From contig NC_059432.1 in NCBI RefSeq assembly GCF_021028975.2, forward strand, positions 91,078,001 to 91,142,000: a stretch of 64,000 bases of DNA. Direction: 5' to 3'. The notes below the pieces were generated by a model that did no database searches, was not told where the DNA came from, and was given only the letters and a program-made list of their open reading frames with translations. The stretch's first letter is position 1, and each line of letters starts with the position of its first letter. Shown here piece by piece: positions 50,155 to 63,596 of the stretch. The DNA comes from Sphaerodactylus townsendi. Taxonomy: Eukaryota. Position numbers and translations under genes: made by a program.

Positions 50155-50365
50155 GGGTGCTGTGTGGTTTCCGGGCTGTATGGCCGTGTTCTAGCAGCAT
50201 TCTCTCCTGACGTTTCGCCTGCATCTGTGGCTGGATGCCAGCCACAGGGGCCTTAGCGTGAGCTTTGGGAAACGACAGGAGAGAATGCCATAGAATGACG
50301 GGCCATACAGCCCGGAAACCACACAGCACCCAAGTGATTCCAGCTGTGAAAGCCTTCGACAATAC
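50155..50365. mobile_element. Second Penelope-like inverted-repeat remnant; hammerhead core deleted and right arm garbled
   Basis: Left arm matches the 6903 copy and the tail is the same. TSD AAAAGAAAAAT at 50144-54 and 50366-76. Confidence 0.88.
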
Positions 50366-53300
50366 AAAAGAAAAATGGTTTGTCACTATGTAATATTAAT
50401 TCTGTGATATTCTTATTCCAAGTGCTCACTTGCTAGGACTCCTAGATACCTGGAGATTACTCACCAGTGTGCAGTGATATACTATGCTAATACTACTGAA
50501 AAGTATTTTCTCTTCCACCTAACTTGCAAGTTCAGACCAAGTAAGACAGAATGCACTATTTGATGTTTATACTCAAAATTATCTGAATCCAAATAATAGT
50601 TCTCAAAGCTACCAAGAACTGTTGAAGCCCATCCCTTTCAGTCATCTGTTTCAGTTTCAGACGTCTGAATACAAGTTTGGGGAGGAAGGGGATAGATGTT
50701 AAACCTATTGTTCTGCTTCTGGACTTCCTGGAAGCGAATGGCTGGTCATGTATGAAACAGGATCATGGAACAGATTGGCTGTCAGATCCAGCAGAACTAT
50801 TCTTAAATTTTTGTTTCTTGATGGCTCTGGCTGTGAAAACTGAAAAACATTGAGCCAGATGAAAATTTCACCTCTGTGAAATAACCAAGCTGTAGAAAGT
50901 TGATAGTAGTTTCTGAAAAAGATACAAGCCAGAGTTCTAGAAAGCATTTTCCTGCAGTGGAACAAACCACTCTACCTTCAATACTCTATCCATGGATTCT
51001 AACACAAAACCATAGCAAATCATGTCTCAAATTAATCACTGTTACAGTTGCACATGATCAAAAGAAAACTTCATCTGTGATCCTAAATGCAATTCCTTGG
51101 AAGTAAATCCTCTTTAATTTAGGGCTGTCAGTGGCCTAATGATTTCACAGTTGATTAATCTCCTGGCTTTTAATTGATCCATTCATCAATTAACTTTAAT
51201 ATATTTGCATATTTCAAAACCTTTAATACAGATGTCTCCTTTTAAAATAAGCTATAAATTTTTTGTTTTATTGGTGCCCTTCTGGAAGCCATTGAAGTGG
51301 GGTAGAACTTGCAAGTTAATTAACTAAATCAATAAATAAACCTTGCCACTCATTATTTAAAAGATCACATTAATGTTTTTGTTAGAGGATAACACCACAG
51401 TTGTATTTTTTGCCTCCTCTAGCCTCCCCTCCAAATTAATCAGATGAAACTTAATTTGCAAAATGGCAGTGCCATTCTTAGCAGAGTTACACCCATACTT
51501 TGAAGTCATTAGATTTAGAACCGTGTAACTAGCATTGCACTGTAAAATGGATTAAACTCTGCAACCCTATTTTACATCTTTAGAACTTTCTTTCAAGTGA
51601 ATACATTTTGGAATGGATGCTTATCAGGTAGACTTATCTTCATATAGCTGGGTAGTTCAATCATGTATTCCTACCATCTGCACCCCTATGCAATCCCCTG
51701 TGCACCCCTATGATACTGCTAGCTTTTATTCTATATGCTCAGTGCTCAAATAATGTGCTGTGGCTAAAGGATCCTTTTCTGTTTATCAGCAAAAATCTTG
51801 AATTAATGCAAAATGACAGCACATAATAAAAGCATATTCTGTATCACTGGCTGGGAAACTATTTGTTTGATGGCTCAGCGTCCTTTATTGATAACAAAAA
51901 AAGTGACTTTTGCCTGTTAAAAACACACCATGAGGATATGTAAGAAGTGCCCTTTTCATACAAACCCCCCAAATGTTTGCAAAATGTTTTTGATCTCCCC
52001 CATTAGTCTACACTTGCCCCTTGAAACAATTCCTGGCCGCCATTTTGTGATTGTTCCAGGGGGTTTGGATTCCCCATTAATTCAGTGCTATGATGCTTCA
52101 AAGCCTCATGCTGCAATTCCTATAGGTTGTGTTCCCAAAGGTTCAAAGATTCGATCCCCCCCCCCCCAAAAAAAAACAAGCTGACGGAATGAGTTTAGAA
52201 GATGGCACCAAGGAGGAAGTCCAGGGACTGCAGAGAGGTATGGGAAACATTTTAAAGAGAAATGCACATAATTAATTAATTAAATGTTGAACATCTATAG
52301 CACAACGGTATCTCTAGTGCCTTTCTAACTAATTGGAAGATTTACTCAGATTTAACTTGGACTGTAAAAGTTGTTATATTACAAGATGATGGGCTACTTA
52401 GGAAAGCTTGTCTATGAAGGCTAACCTCAAAAGAAGACCTTTTGTAAAGAAAAAGAATTTCTCCTGTACTGGAGTGGCTTTGGAGTAAATGTTTAGAACT
52501 GTGACAGATGTGGGATGACTCATTACAACTGTCGAACAATAGGCTCTGTAGAACAACAGAATATTCATGCTGTTGAAGGAGCGAAAGGCATGGAAGAAAA
52601 CAACTGATTAGTAACCAAAGAAATGGGACAGAGCACAGTGTGTCATAACACCGGGACACAAGTGGGAGGTTGATCTATATAGAGAAATGTTCTCTGGTTT
52701 TCCATTCTGCTCGTTCATTAACTGTTAACTCTCCATTGCCATGCCTTTGTTAAGTGAACTATTTTTCCTCTCTTTCCTTCTCCTCTTTCCTTATTCATCA
52801 TAGCTTCCTCCATTAATTATTGGTTGGTGTAGCATTCAAAGATGTAGATGAGATCCCACAGAGTGAAGGAGTATGTAGTCTGACCATAAAAGGTCATTAT
52901 TGATCTTCTGTAGTAAGAAATGTCTTCATTTGGGTTAAGTTAATGTGATTGTTGTCATCAACTGCGGGGGCACTTGAAAGCAACAAAGACTCTTCATCAG
53001 AGGTCATAAACATCATAGCCAAGATTCAGAGGTTCACCAAATTGGTTCCATGATATCTAAAATGAGCTTTTCTACTGTTGTTCCTCAAATAGTGGTTCCA
53101 AATGTCATGGAGCAAATTGCTTTTGAAAATGAGAAGAGTTTCAAAAGTAAGTTACAATACAACAAAGAAGAGGTCAAGTTTTCAAAGGAGAAAGCCAAGT
53201 TTAGGAAGTTCTTTGGATCTCAGATGATATGGAGGAAGGTTTTTTACCATGGCATTGCCTATGATGAACCAGGGCAGCTTAACAGAACCACATATTCAGA

Positions 53301-54041
53301 GGAAATATATATTTGAGTACTGAGTATCTGACATTCAATGAAGGATGGCCATCACTGTAATGCCGTTTCTTCCATTAATGGCCTTGGACCCAAGTACCTG
53401 TAACCCCCCCCCCCCCCCCCGCTATATTCTGTCATGGCAGCATCTGTGCTCATCTGTGCTCATCAAATTCTTCTGATGAGGTCACCCTACAAACAAATAA
53501 AATTGTTCAAGCACAGCCTATGGTGGCACCCACATTTTGGAACAGCCTGCCTGACACTATTAGGAAGGCCCCATGCCTCTTGTCCTGCAAAATGTGCAAA
53601 ACAGAAATGTTCAGAATAAATCTTTTTATAAAGGGAACAGAACAGATTAGCCCAGGAGACAGTTTATTTAAGGGCAAGTATTGTAGAATATTGCAATGTT
53701 TATTATACCCCTCATCCCTTTTTACTGCAATTCAGAGTCTTCTACCTTTGTAACACTTTCTTTAATATTCAGAGATGTATCATGTATCTATGGTGGGACA
53801 AGGCAGAACACATGCCCTGGGTACCACCCCTTGAAGGGGGCACTAGCCCATGCCTCGCAGCTTCTGAACAGCCACCATTGAATTGTGCCGTGCTTCAAAC
53901 TCCATGTGGAGTTCAGAGGTGGGGTATACAGTTGAACTCAACCAAACCAAGCTCAGCTCAGCATTTAAGTGGCTTCCCCTGCCCCCAAACTCCACAGGGA
54001 GTTCAAGACCAGGGCAGATCTGTTCAACACTGAGCTCAGCC

Positions 54042-54668
54042 GGGTCTCTTCTGCGCAGCCTAAATAGGACATTTTGGGTACACTAAAAAAAGGCATCCTG
54101 GGGAGGCACTCCACACAGCTTTCTTCCCAAGATGTCTGCAAGAAGCCTTATTTTAGCGCAAGGCATTTTTTTTAGAGGATGTGCTTCAAAGTATACTTTT
54201 CTCCCCTAAGCCACCTGCAAGATGGCTCCTGCCTGGTTGTGCAGAATGCAGAGCTCAGGAGGCATCTTATGTTTCCCACCAGACTGTTTTGCTCTCTGGT
54301 CAGTTTCACCGCCGCTTGCACCCAACATTTTCAGCAGAAGGACTGAAGGGATTATCCCTGCTGCCATGTTCAGCAGAAGGACTGAAGGGATTATCCCTGC
54401 TGCCATTTGCTGAAGGTTGCCCCAGGACATTTGGCCTGCAGGCTCCAATCCGGGACACCTTTTTAGCCCCAAATGTACATAGTTGTATTCAGGTGGTCCT
54501 GCTGATTCTAGCAATATATAGTGTTCCTATCTTTTGTTAATTTTCAATGAGCTATTTCCATAGCTATGCATACACAAATACGAGAATCTTAAGAAGATTC
54601 AGAAGACCCATTGCCTTTTTCTAAGATGTCCCACAGACGTCTTTTTTTGTGCTGTGCAGAACAGACCC
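54042..54668. mobile_element. Harbinger-like non-autonomous element nested in other repeats, with an internal 39-bp tandem duplication (54330-54406)
   Basis: Left end GGGTCTCTTCTGCGCAGC; reverse complement of the right end is GGGTCTGTTCTGCACAGC. Confidence 0.7.
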
Positions 54669-54714
54669 TGGCTGGGTTGAGCTTTAAACTGCAGACTTCC
54701 AGGAAGTAGGGGGA

Positions 54715-55370
54715 GCATGCATATTACTCCCGTTCTGCAGTCCCTTGATTGGCTGTCCATCAGTTTCCAGGTTCAAGTCAAGGTACTGGCTATTCCTTCA
54801 CGCCCTTGGACCCTCATATCTGTGGGACTGCCCCTTTTTCTGTCCTCCACCACAACAGTTTGGCTTATCTGAGCAAGACCCTCTGCAGGTGGCCACCTGC
54901 AAGTGTGCAAGATCAACAACTGTTTACACACCTGCAGTCTCTGTTATGCTCCCCCCCCCCGCCCTTCTTATAGAATGGGTTCCCTGGCATTTCCTGGCAT
55001 TTCGAAACTATGCAACACTTAATTGCTGAGGAGAGCATTTTTACAAAGGTAATGGGATTTTATTATAAAATAATTGATTCAGGAAGAATGGTTTAATAAA
55101 GGGAAAAGAAACTATGAAGTATACTGTGGATAATACATAGCATCTATTGCTGCATGTATTGCCCTATTATATAATTTCTGCATTGTTTAATATGCCATGT
55201 TAATACTTATGCTTTGTTTAAGCTTTGCTTTAGGTCTTTTACTAATTTTTAAATCCAGTAACCTATTCCTATTAGATTGCTTATTGAATTTTTCCATCCT
55301 ATTGACTGCACTGATTTACCCTATGCAATCACCTTTAGTCACAGTGAGAAAAGCAGGCTACAAAACAATA
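54715..55370 (+). mobile_element. Old L2-clade 3' fragment; another at ~53375-53700
   Basis: Remnants of HITPVLQSLDWL and ALGPSYLWD. Confidence 0.65.
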
Positions 55371-55399
55371 TCATAAATATTGATGCCACTAATACAAGC

Positions 55400-55532
55400 T
55401 AGGAACTCTTGGACTGCAGGTTACAACCTTGAGCCACCTGCCTGAACCTGATTTCTGTTGAGATCAAACTCAGATCACGAGCAGAGCTTTGACTGCAGTA
55501 CTGCCACTCACCACTCTGTGCCACGGGGCTCT
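55400..55532 (-). mobile_element. Sauria SINE 5' portion
   Basis: The minus strand begins GAGCCCCGTGGCACAGAGTGGTGAG...CAGTACTGCAGTC. Confidence 0.7.
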
Positions 55533-56920
55533 TCACACAGCTTATATTGGTGCTAAATATATGCTTTTACATGGTAGCATGACTCTTGATTATTGCTCTA
55601 TTTTTTAAAAAAAATTGTGACGCATATATTGAATTTCAGCATGTGCTAGAATCTAGAACAATGGAACAAAGAGCAATAAACAATGTGAGCTAATTGCTCA
55701 GTGGCTGCCGTAACTGCATTCCATTTACCGGTTAGGTATTTAGAAATCTTGCTTGCAGTGCCATCACTTAACCATTTCCACTAAGCAGCCACGAAGCTTT
55801 AATGTTTATCCCAGTGGTGTTCTAATTAGCAGTTGTATCTTTCCAGTATGAAGGACTCCAATTATTCCTGACCTCTAGCTCGTGCTCCTGGCTTGATTTC
55901 TGTTCAACATGACACCTTCCTCTGTTCTGACTTTCATTGGCATCTGATTGATGTATATTGTTCAGAAAGACAGATGCACCCCAAAGCACCTGTCTGTAGG
56001 TTCCTACCACTAATAATAATAATTATTATTATTATTACGCAACAAATGGCGTTGCCAAGTTGCTTCAAAAGCATCAACTGAATTAGAGACAAGGGGATCA
56101 CAGTTGCATCGGCACATTTCCCTTTTACCTATTCCACCTGTAGTAGAGAAAGCACTTGTTATTGCCAAAGATGATGGGTAAAAGGAATGGGAGAAGAATG
56201 GTTGGTCACCTCTTGGAGTAGTGTGCTTTGAGATAAGTCCGGCACACTTTTTGTTCCTAAGGGGAGATTTAAAACTACCAGAATGAATTTAAAACCATCT
56301 GAATGAAAGCTCAAATAACCCCCCTTCTCTCCTAAGTGAATCTGCAGTTCATATCCTGGCAAATAGAATGGACTTTCAGATACTCCTAGAAGTTTCTACA
56401 AATGATGTCCCCCTCATCTCTTTCAGGCATGCATTCCAAAAACTGAGCACTATACTTTGTCTCAGATGAAGATGTTAGTACAGTCACTTGAGGTGTAGTA
56501 GTTGAGAAAATCATATACTTCGACATTAGAATATAGTCCCAAATGAATATGAGAATTATCATTCGTTTTTTTACTTGCTGCTTTAGTCAAAACCATTATT
56601 TTGTGCATTATTCAACATGGTACTTTGATACAAGAGCATTTATAGTTCTTTGAACAACTATCACTAAACTTTCAAACTGATGTGGGGGAGAAGGGTTGGA
56701 ACCCAAGTAGAGCATTCTACAACAAAGAAAATCCAGCATGCTGAACTCTGTGGTGGAGGAATATACAGTCTATTAACATCTTTTTGTGAGACAGAGTATA
56801 GATCAGAAAAGCATGATTTCTGGTCAATGCCAGGTAAGGTACCTTCAGTAGGGAAACAACCAGTGGGTGGCAGTCTAGGACTGTAGTTAGCTCACAGGGA
56901 CATTGACTTGTGCCTGTGCC

Positions 56921-56984
56921 TGTGTGCGTGTGTGCGTGTGTGCGCGTGTGTGTGCGCGCACGCGTGTGTGTGTGTGTGTGCGCA
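56921..56984. repeat. Alternating purine-pyrimidine (TG/CG)n tract
   Basis: Visible directly. Confidence 0.9.
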
Positions 56985-57814
56985 CTTTAGATAAGTGGAT
57001 CCTAGCCCATAAGGAATTCTAAAGATATTAACCTGTACCTTGAATTGTGCTCAGAAATAAACAGGCAGCCAGTGCAGCTGTAGTGAGTTATCTTGGGACT
57101 TACAGGGAAATGAGTGAGGTTTTGATCCTTCAAGTTCCACCCAATTTTGCTTTTCAAAAATGGCTTGCCTGTAGTGATTTTAAAGGTCATGGGCTTCAAT
57201 TCACTGGAAGAGTTCTTCAGGCACAAATGGAACTTGGAAAAACTTTACACTCGCCTCTTGCACTCAGGTGATCCCAAGCCATTTTTCTGCTACTGCAAGG
57301 TGTTATAGAACCAATTTCGGCTCATTATCTGGACATAGCAAGGAAGCATGCCAGATGTCACGCAAAATCTTGTGCTAGCGAAACTCCACTGGGTCCATTT
57401 ATGCTTCCACTTGTGCATTGCTGGATCCAAGCCAGGGTTTTTAAAGGTTTTTTTTAAACTGCATCACACAATTAAAATCCAGTAAATATACACAATAAAA
57501 AAACTATTATTTCCTCTGTTGTATTCTACTGCACAGTATTGGCTGACACCATGAATTGAAAAGCACAGTGAAGGCAAGTTTGCATGTGTATTCGCGGTGA
57601 GTGGCAGTGAAATTCTAAGCACGTTTGCTGTAAACAAGGCTCAGCGAAGTAGGTGAGACTTGCTGCTGAGTGTAATTTGGCACAGTTTCTATGCTTGTTT
57701 CGCTGCCTAAATATTCTGAAGTCTTGGTCCTGGAAGAAAGCAGTTGTGAACAAGGAAAATTATTTGGGAAGAAGAAATTTCCCTAATTTATTTCAGATCT
57801 ACTCGTAGACATAA

Positions 57815-58720
57815 CAAGCCCTGGTTACATCTAGATTAGGTTACTGCAATATGTTCTACGTGAGGCTGCCCTTGAGAAGTGTTCAGAAACTTCAATCGGT
57901 AAAGAATGCTGGAACCATGATGTTGATTGGGTCATAGGTCATCATAGATTAGGTCATCATACCACTCCAATCTTAGCCCATCTATACTGGCTCCCAGTTT
58001 GTTTTCAGGCACAGAAGCTCTTGGTCTTGATCTTTATAATTCTATCTGGTTTGGGACCAACACACCTGAAGGAACACCTACTTCCTTATGAACCTGCCTA
58101 ATTACTTCAGTCATCCTCAGTGACCTTGTTTCAGGTGCCAGCATATTCCAAGTTTAGGCAGGTGTTGACCCTGGAGAGGGCGTTCTTGGTCATGGACCAA
58201 ATCTCTGAAACTCTCCCACCCTGCAAGAGATTTGTCTGTCCCCTTCTGTTGCTGTCTTTTGCCAGTGAGTGGAGACCTTTTTTGTGTGTTTAATTTGGCA
58301 TGGGCCAGGGGAGAGTGGAGCTAAAGAAGGCAAAAACTGTGCTGGCTGTACATTTAAGCCTCCTGCCAGCCTGATGCGGAAGCTGTTTTTTATGCCAGCC
58401 AGCTTTGGCCTGGGGGGCAACATGTGGCCGACACAAGTTGCTGTCTTCCTCCTCTCACCCTCCCAGAAAGCAATGGGTAAATCTGTGCTGTTCTTTCTCT
58501 CAGTGATCCCCTCCTTCCTAACCAATGTTTTAATTACTATTATTATGTTTTGTTTACATTTAACTTGGATTTTTAATTGTTTTAATGATGTGTGGATTTT
58601 GATGGTTTTGAAATGTGATTTTGTCTTGTATACTTTAAATTGTTAGATGCTTTGGTGGCGCTCATAGAGCAAAATGGCAGGACACAAATTTAGGAAATAA
58701 ATAAAACATCAATAAATAAC
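57815..58720 (+). mobile_element. Old L2-clade 3' fragment with an internal insertion
   Basis: Reads QALVTSRLGYCNMFYVRLPLRSVQKLQ and HTTPILAHLYWLPVCF. AATAAATAAA tail. Confidence 0.8.
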
Positions 58721-60564
58721 ATTGAACGATAATCCTAAAAACAGTGTTCTGGGAGTAAACCCCATTGATTAAATAGGAGTTTCCTCTGACTAGACTGGTT
58801 TAGGATTGTTCCCGTACTCTGCTAATTCAAATGTTTTGCAACAGGTTTGGATATCAATGCCTTTGATTTTAGCGGCTTTAGAGCAAAAGAGTTTTTAACA
58901 AATTGAATGTAATAAATTAATACAAAAAATGTCTTACATATTTTATTACCCGAAAAATCTCTCAGACTGAATTTTAAATTTGAACTGTGTCAAATAAATT
59001 GAAATTATACACTATATGATGAAAATAAATTTATTATAAATTATATATGCCAACCCTGAAAAATGCTGGATGATAGTTGAAACTGAAGCTGTGAATGGAT
59101 AAAGTGGACTCCTTTTATGCTGCTTAGCTAGGGAACTTGCCTGAGGTGGCTTTCAAAATAAAACATCAAAATATCATGCTTGGAGCACTAAAACAATAAA
59201 GCCTACTTATTATTTGGGATGATGGATGAGTATTGTGCAATGATTGCATTCATTTCTGAATTGTTTGAGGTACATGGTGGTCCCCCCCCCCCCCTTAAAT
59301 GAAAAAAGGCTTTAGGTCCATATCCCAAATTTGGGATTCCATATAATTATCATTCAAAACTTTTTGCTATGGTAATTCTTCTGTAGATGTCTGTGGTTAT
59401 AATGCTATGCACGCACACACACCCAGTTCTAAAGAGTTTTTTTAGACAGTCTTCTGAAGAGATGGAATGTGAGTAGTGCATTCACAGTCCATTATCTCAC
59501 TAGAAGTCAGAGATGCTAGTTCTCAGCCTACAGGTATTCCCGTGCTTTTGATAGTTGTGTGACAGGCAGATGAATGATAGGCAGTGTTTTCCCCCATCAG
59601 TCACTTTTCAATGAGGAAAAATTGAGAGTATCTACAATACAGACATATTCTTTTTAAAGCAGTTAAACTGTCATATCTCCTTTCCACCACCCTGAGGGTT
59701 CAGATCCATTAGAAAACTGAGCATCCTCTGTTAATCTCTTCCCTACGGTACAGGGGAGGGGCTGTGGGTCAGGGGTAGAATATCTGATTTGAGCACAGGT
59801 TCACAAGTTCTGTCCCCGGGGTCTTCAGCTGAAGAGATCAGATGGGAGGTGATGTGAAAGATCTCCTTCTGAGATCTGGGAGAGCTGCTGGCAGCAGAGT
59901 AGACAGCAGTGACTCAGATGGACCAATGGCCCACCTTAGGCCTGATCTGTGGACCACCACCACTGTTTCAAAGCCTAATGCAGGCAATTTTGAAATGCTG
60001 CAAGGGTTGGATTGGGCCTACTGCACAGTGGGATAAGGTGTTCCCTCGATCTTTGTTGCTCTCCCCACTTTTCAGTGTGCCAAAACATGAGCAGGGGGAG
60101 ACTCTTTTGTCCCTTGTAAAAGTGTGGGGAAAACAAGCGCATCTTATCCTTCCAGCTTGAACCCAGGGATCCCTTCATGTCTAGTTTGTCCATCAGTATA
60201 GGACAACTTCATGTGCGGATTCTCTGGTGAGTTAGGTTATTTAAATTTGTGCTAAAGATGTACTCCTTGATTGCTTATAGATGGAGACTGTCCACCAAAG
60301 AGATAGATATTCACAAAGAAAAGGGGGGATGGGGAGAAAATGCTTCTTCCCAAGTAGGGGCAGTCATTTGCAAACTGAGTGGAACTGCAACTCTGTTGTG
60401 TGTTCTCATGAGTTCATCAATTTTGATGCTTGGCCATCACCATGGCAACTGTTCCTTATATATGAAGGAAAATTAACTTCCAACATGCTACAACCTGGAC
60501 AGAGGTATAGAGACATGGGGAAAAACAACTGTAATTGGGGTTTGAAAGACATTTACATTTTATA

Positions 60565-61139
60565 AAATCATAATGTTGGAAGAGCCCCCAAGGGCCATCA
60601 AGTCCAACCTCCTGCCATGCAGGAACACACAATCAAAGCACTCCTGTCATATGGCTATCCAGCCTTTGTTTGAAAACCTCCAAAGAAGGAGACTCCACCA
60701 CACTTTGAGGCAGCATATTCCACTATTGAACAGCCCTTACCATCAGGAAGTTCTTACTAATGTTTGTGTGGAATCTCTTTTCCTGCATCTTGAATCCATT
60801 ACTCCTTGTCCTAGTTTCTGGAGCAGCAGAAAACAAACTTGTTCTATCTTCAAAGTGACATCCCTTGAAATATTTAAACATGGCTATCATGTCACTCCTT
60901 AATCTTCTCTTCTCCAGAGTAAACACATCTAGCTCCCTAAGCTGCTCCTCGTAGGACATAGAATCTAGACCTTTAACCATTTTGGTCACCTTCCTCTGGA
61001 CCAGTTCTAGCTTGTCAATATTGAATTATGGTACCCAGAAGTGGACACAGGTGAGATCTGACCAATGCAGAATAGAACGACACTATTACATCCCTTGATC
61101 TAGACACTGTATTCCTATTGATGCAGCCCAGAATTGCAT
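60565..61139 (-). mobile_element. CR1 LINE 3' fragment
   Basis: Reads TKMVKGLDSMSYEEQLRELDVFTLEKRRLRSDMIAMFKY...RTRSNGFKMQEKRF. Confidence 0.95.
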
Positions 61140-61320
61140 CAATTTAAAATTTATTTCTTTTTGTCTTGATTTTTGCATACTTGTTTAGGCTGTAAAGATG
61201 ATTTTTTTAAATTCCTGGATTTATGTAATTGTTTAAAATGTTTCTTCTACATGCTCACACTGTCTGCACCATAGTTCCTGAAACAGCACTTAAAAGTCCA
61301 CCAGAGTTGCCATCTCTTAC

Positions 61321-61357
61321 CTGTGTCAAAGGAACTTGCTTATCAACTACATCATTT
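61321..61357 (-). CDS. Candidate exon M4 (phase 2/0), NDVVDKQVPLTQ
   Basis: Acceptor gtccctgtag and strong donor CAG|gtaaga. Confidence 0.45.
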
Positions 61358-61875
61358 CTACAGGGACTGCTTTGCTGAACAATTACTCAGGTGGCTATCT
61401 TATTCCTTGGTAAAAGAAGGAGTTCTGTTTCAGCCTCAACTGGGGAGCTGCTACAATCTTACAATCCTTAGCAGAATGATACCCTTCTCAGTCCATTGAA
61501 GCTAGTGGGCTTCAACAATTCTGCTTAAGATCACATTGCTAGATATTAAATTCATAGGAGTCTCATTAGGGATCCAGGCTGGCAAATAGGTTGTCAGTGC
61601 CCTTACTGTTTCACTTAAAGCCTGGGATTGGTGGGGGGGGGGGGGGACATCACAATGAGGACAGGTTCATATGTCATATGGATAGTACAGTACCCCGAGT
61701 TAGCGACTGATTTGTAACAAATACTAAAGGTTTGCTGATGTCCTTTATCAGCCAGGATGGGCAAGGATCCAGAGTACAAGTACCGGTAATAGCCTTAAGT
61801 TTAGTGATTTTGATGAGCTCAGCCTAGCCTGGGCCATCCAGGTGAGGGCAAAGTGTATGTAGATAGCTATAATAC

Positions 61876-62009
61876 ATGGGTAGAGTGAACTGGTCTTCTG
61901 CACGGTATCTCTTTAACAGGCTTTGTAAGCCCCTCTCGAATTCAACGGCACAATGACATTCCTTATCTAGAGACATTGTGTACAACTTGTCACGAGATAA
62001 GTAATACTT
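61876..62009 (-). CDS. Candidate exon M3 (phase 0/2), KYYLSRDKLYTMSLDKECHCAVEFERGLQSLLKRYRAEDQFTLP
   Basis: Acceptor cttttttgacccacag, 134 nt open, weak donor AT|gtatta. Confidence 0.45.
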
Positions 62010-62744
62010 CTGTGGGTCAAAAAAGCAAGCTTGCATTTTGAGCCCCCCCGTTTCTTTAAGCATTAATGTCCGTTCTCGCCCGTGGGGATGAAAAGAAGGA
62101 CTGCCGCACTGGATTATACAGTGCATTTACATTATAACAAGTTTACAGGGGCATCATAATTCACTGTGTGTTTTAACAGAAGTTTGGATTACTTCCAATT
62201 CAATTTTCAGAAGTTGGAGTTTGCAGCTGGGTCACTCCTGGCATAATCTGCGAGATGTATCTGCTAAGGCTGTGAATTGGAACAGCCGCATCTGAGCTGT
62301 CGCCTGTCACAAGGAGACATCATTTATGGCGCTTGAGGTCTGAGGGCAGAACATCAAAATCACTTTATGTGGACACAGAAACATAGCTAGCTTCATAAAT
62401 TTTGTTGCAAGGAGCAATAATCAATACTTCATGTTTAATGACGCAAAACTGAAATTAGTATAGATTTTATGTCTTCTGCTCTTCCAAATTATGCAAACTT
62501 TACTAGCCCCTTTTGTAGTGGTCCGGCTATAGCTTCCATAAAGAACATCCAATAATATTTAATTGAATGATTGAATGGCCGAGGAAAAAAAAAGTCACAG
62601 ACATTTTTTGGTTAAGTCTTTACCCTTAGGTTAATATGAAATGATGTCAAATGCACACACAGTGATTTATGTAAGTCATGTAGGTTTTGTTACCTTTGGC
62701 TATATAAAAAGTCAATTGTAAATTGTTTCCACATTCTAAATTAC

Positions 62745-62792
62745 CTTATGTTGCTTTGGGATATTCCAAACACAAAATTGAATGCCAGAATG
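62745..62792 (-). CDS. Candidate exon M2 (phase 0/0), HSGIQFCVWNIPKQHK
   Basis: Long polypyrimidine tract ending tttcattccaaag, donor AAG|gtaatt. Confidence 0.5.
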
Positions 62793-63596
62793 CTTTGGAA
62801 TGAAAAAAAAATGGAATGAAAAGAATTGTCTTGTAGATTCAAGCACACTGTAAACAAGTAATTTTCAGGGAGTTTTCTGAGTTTCATACATGGCTGAGTA
62901 TGAGAAAGAGACAGAGAGAGAGACTTTTTTGGGAAGAAAGCTGGCAATAAAAGATAGTTTTCATGACTGGATGTCTCCGTTTCTTAAATTGTTCAATAGC
63001 GGTGCTTAAAATAATCCTGCAGTGTTTCAGCCATTTTGCTGAAAGTGGACTTCAGATGTTGCCCACAGAAGGCGAAAAAGCTGGGAATCCTTTTCACACA
63101 TCTTGGCTTTATATGTAATACATCACTGAATAACAGATCAATGTTTCCACTGTTCATGGAAACCGAAAATTAAGTAATGCAAAGCTATGCATTCATCCTT
63201 AGGATTAAGATGTGGATCTAAACATCCTGCTTGTTCACAGCACATATTTTAGACTAACTTTGCACCTTCATAGAATGGGGGAATTTTTAGAACTGGTAAA
63301 TTTCAGATCATTTACCAGGTTGGGTTAAGGACTCCTTCTAAGCTCTCCTTTGCTCTCTGCAATGAAGACATTAAGTATGCTCAGGGCCCATATCGCACAT
63401 GTGAACTTTTGGAAGTGCATAATTTTTATTCATCCAGATTCCTTGACCAGAAGGAAAAGAAAACACAGTTCCCAAGTTCCCAAAAGGAAGCTGCCTTTAG
63501 CATGTCCAGAAGACATGGAAGTCATGGCTCCTCCTCCTCTTTCCTCCATACTCTTCCCTCAGCTATTGTGTGGCATGAATTTAGAGACCTTCTCAC

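Noticed and set aside
22465-61540. Dispersed ~80-bp imperfect palindromes of the CAATCCT...AGGATTG type (~22470, 42910, 51470, 58730, 61460) as miRNA hairpins
   Set aside because: Multiple diverged dispersed copies point to an old palindromic MITE family, and there is no expression evidence.
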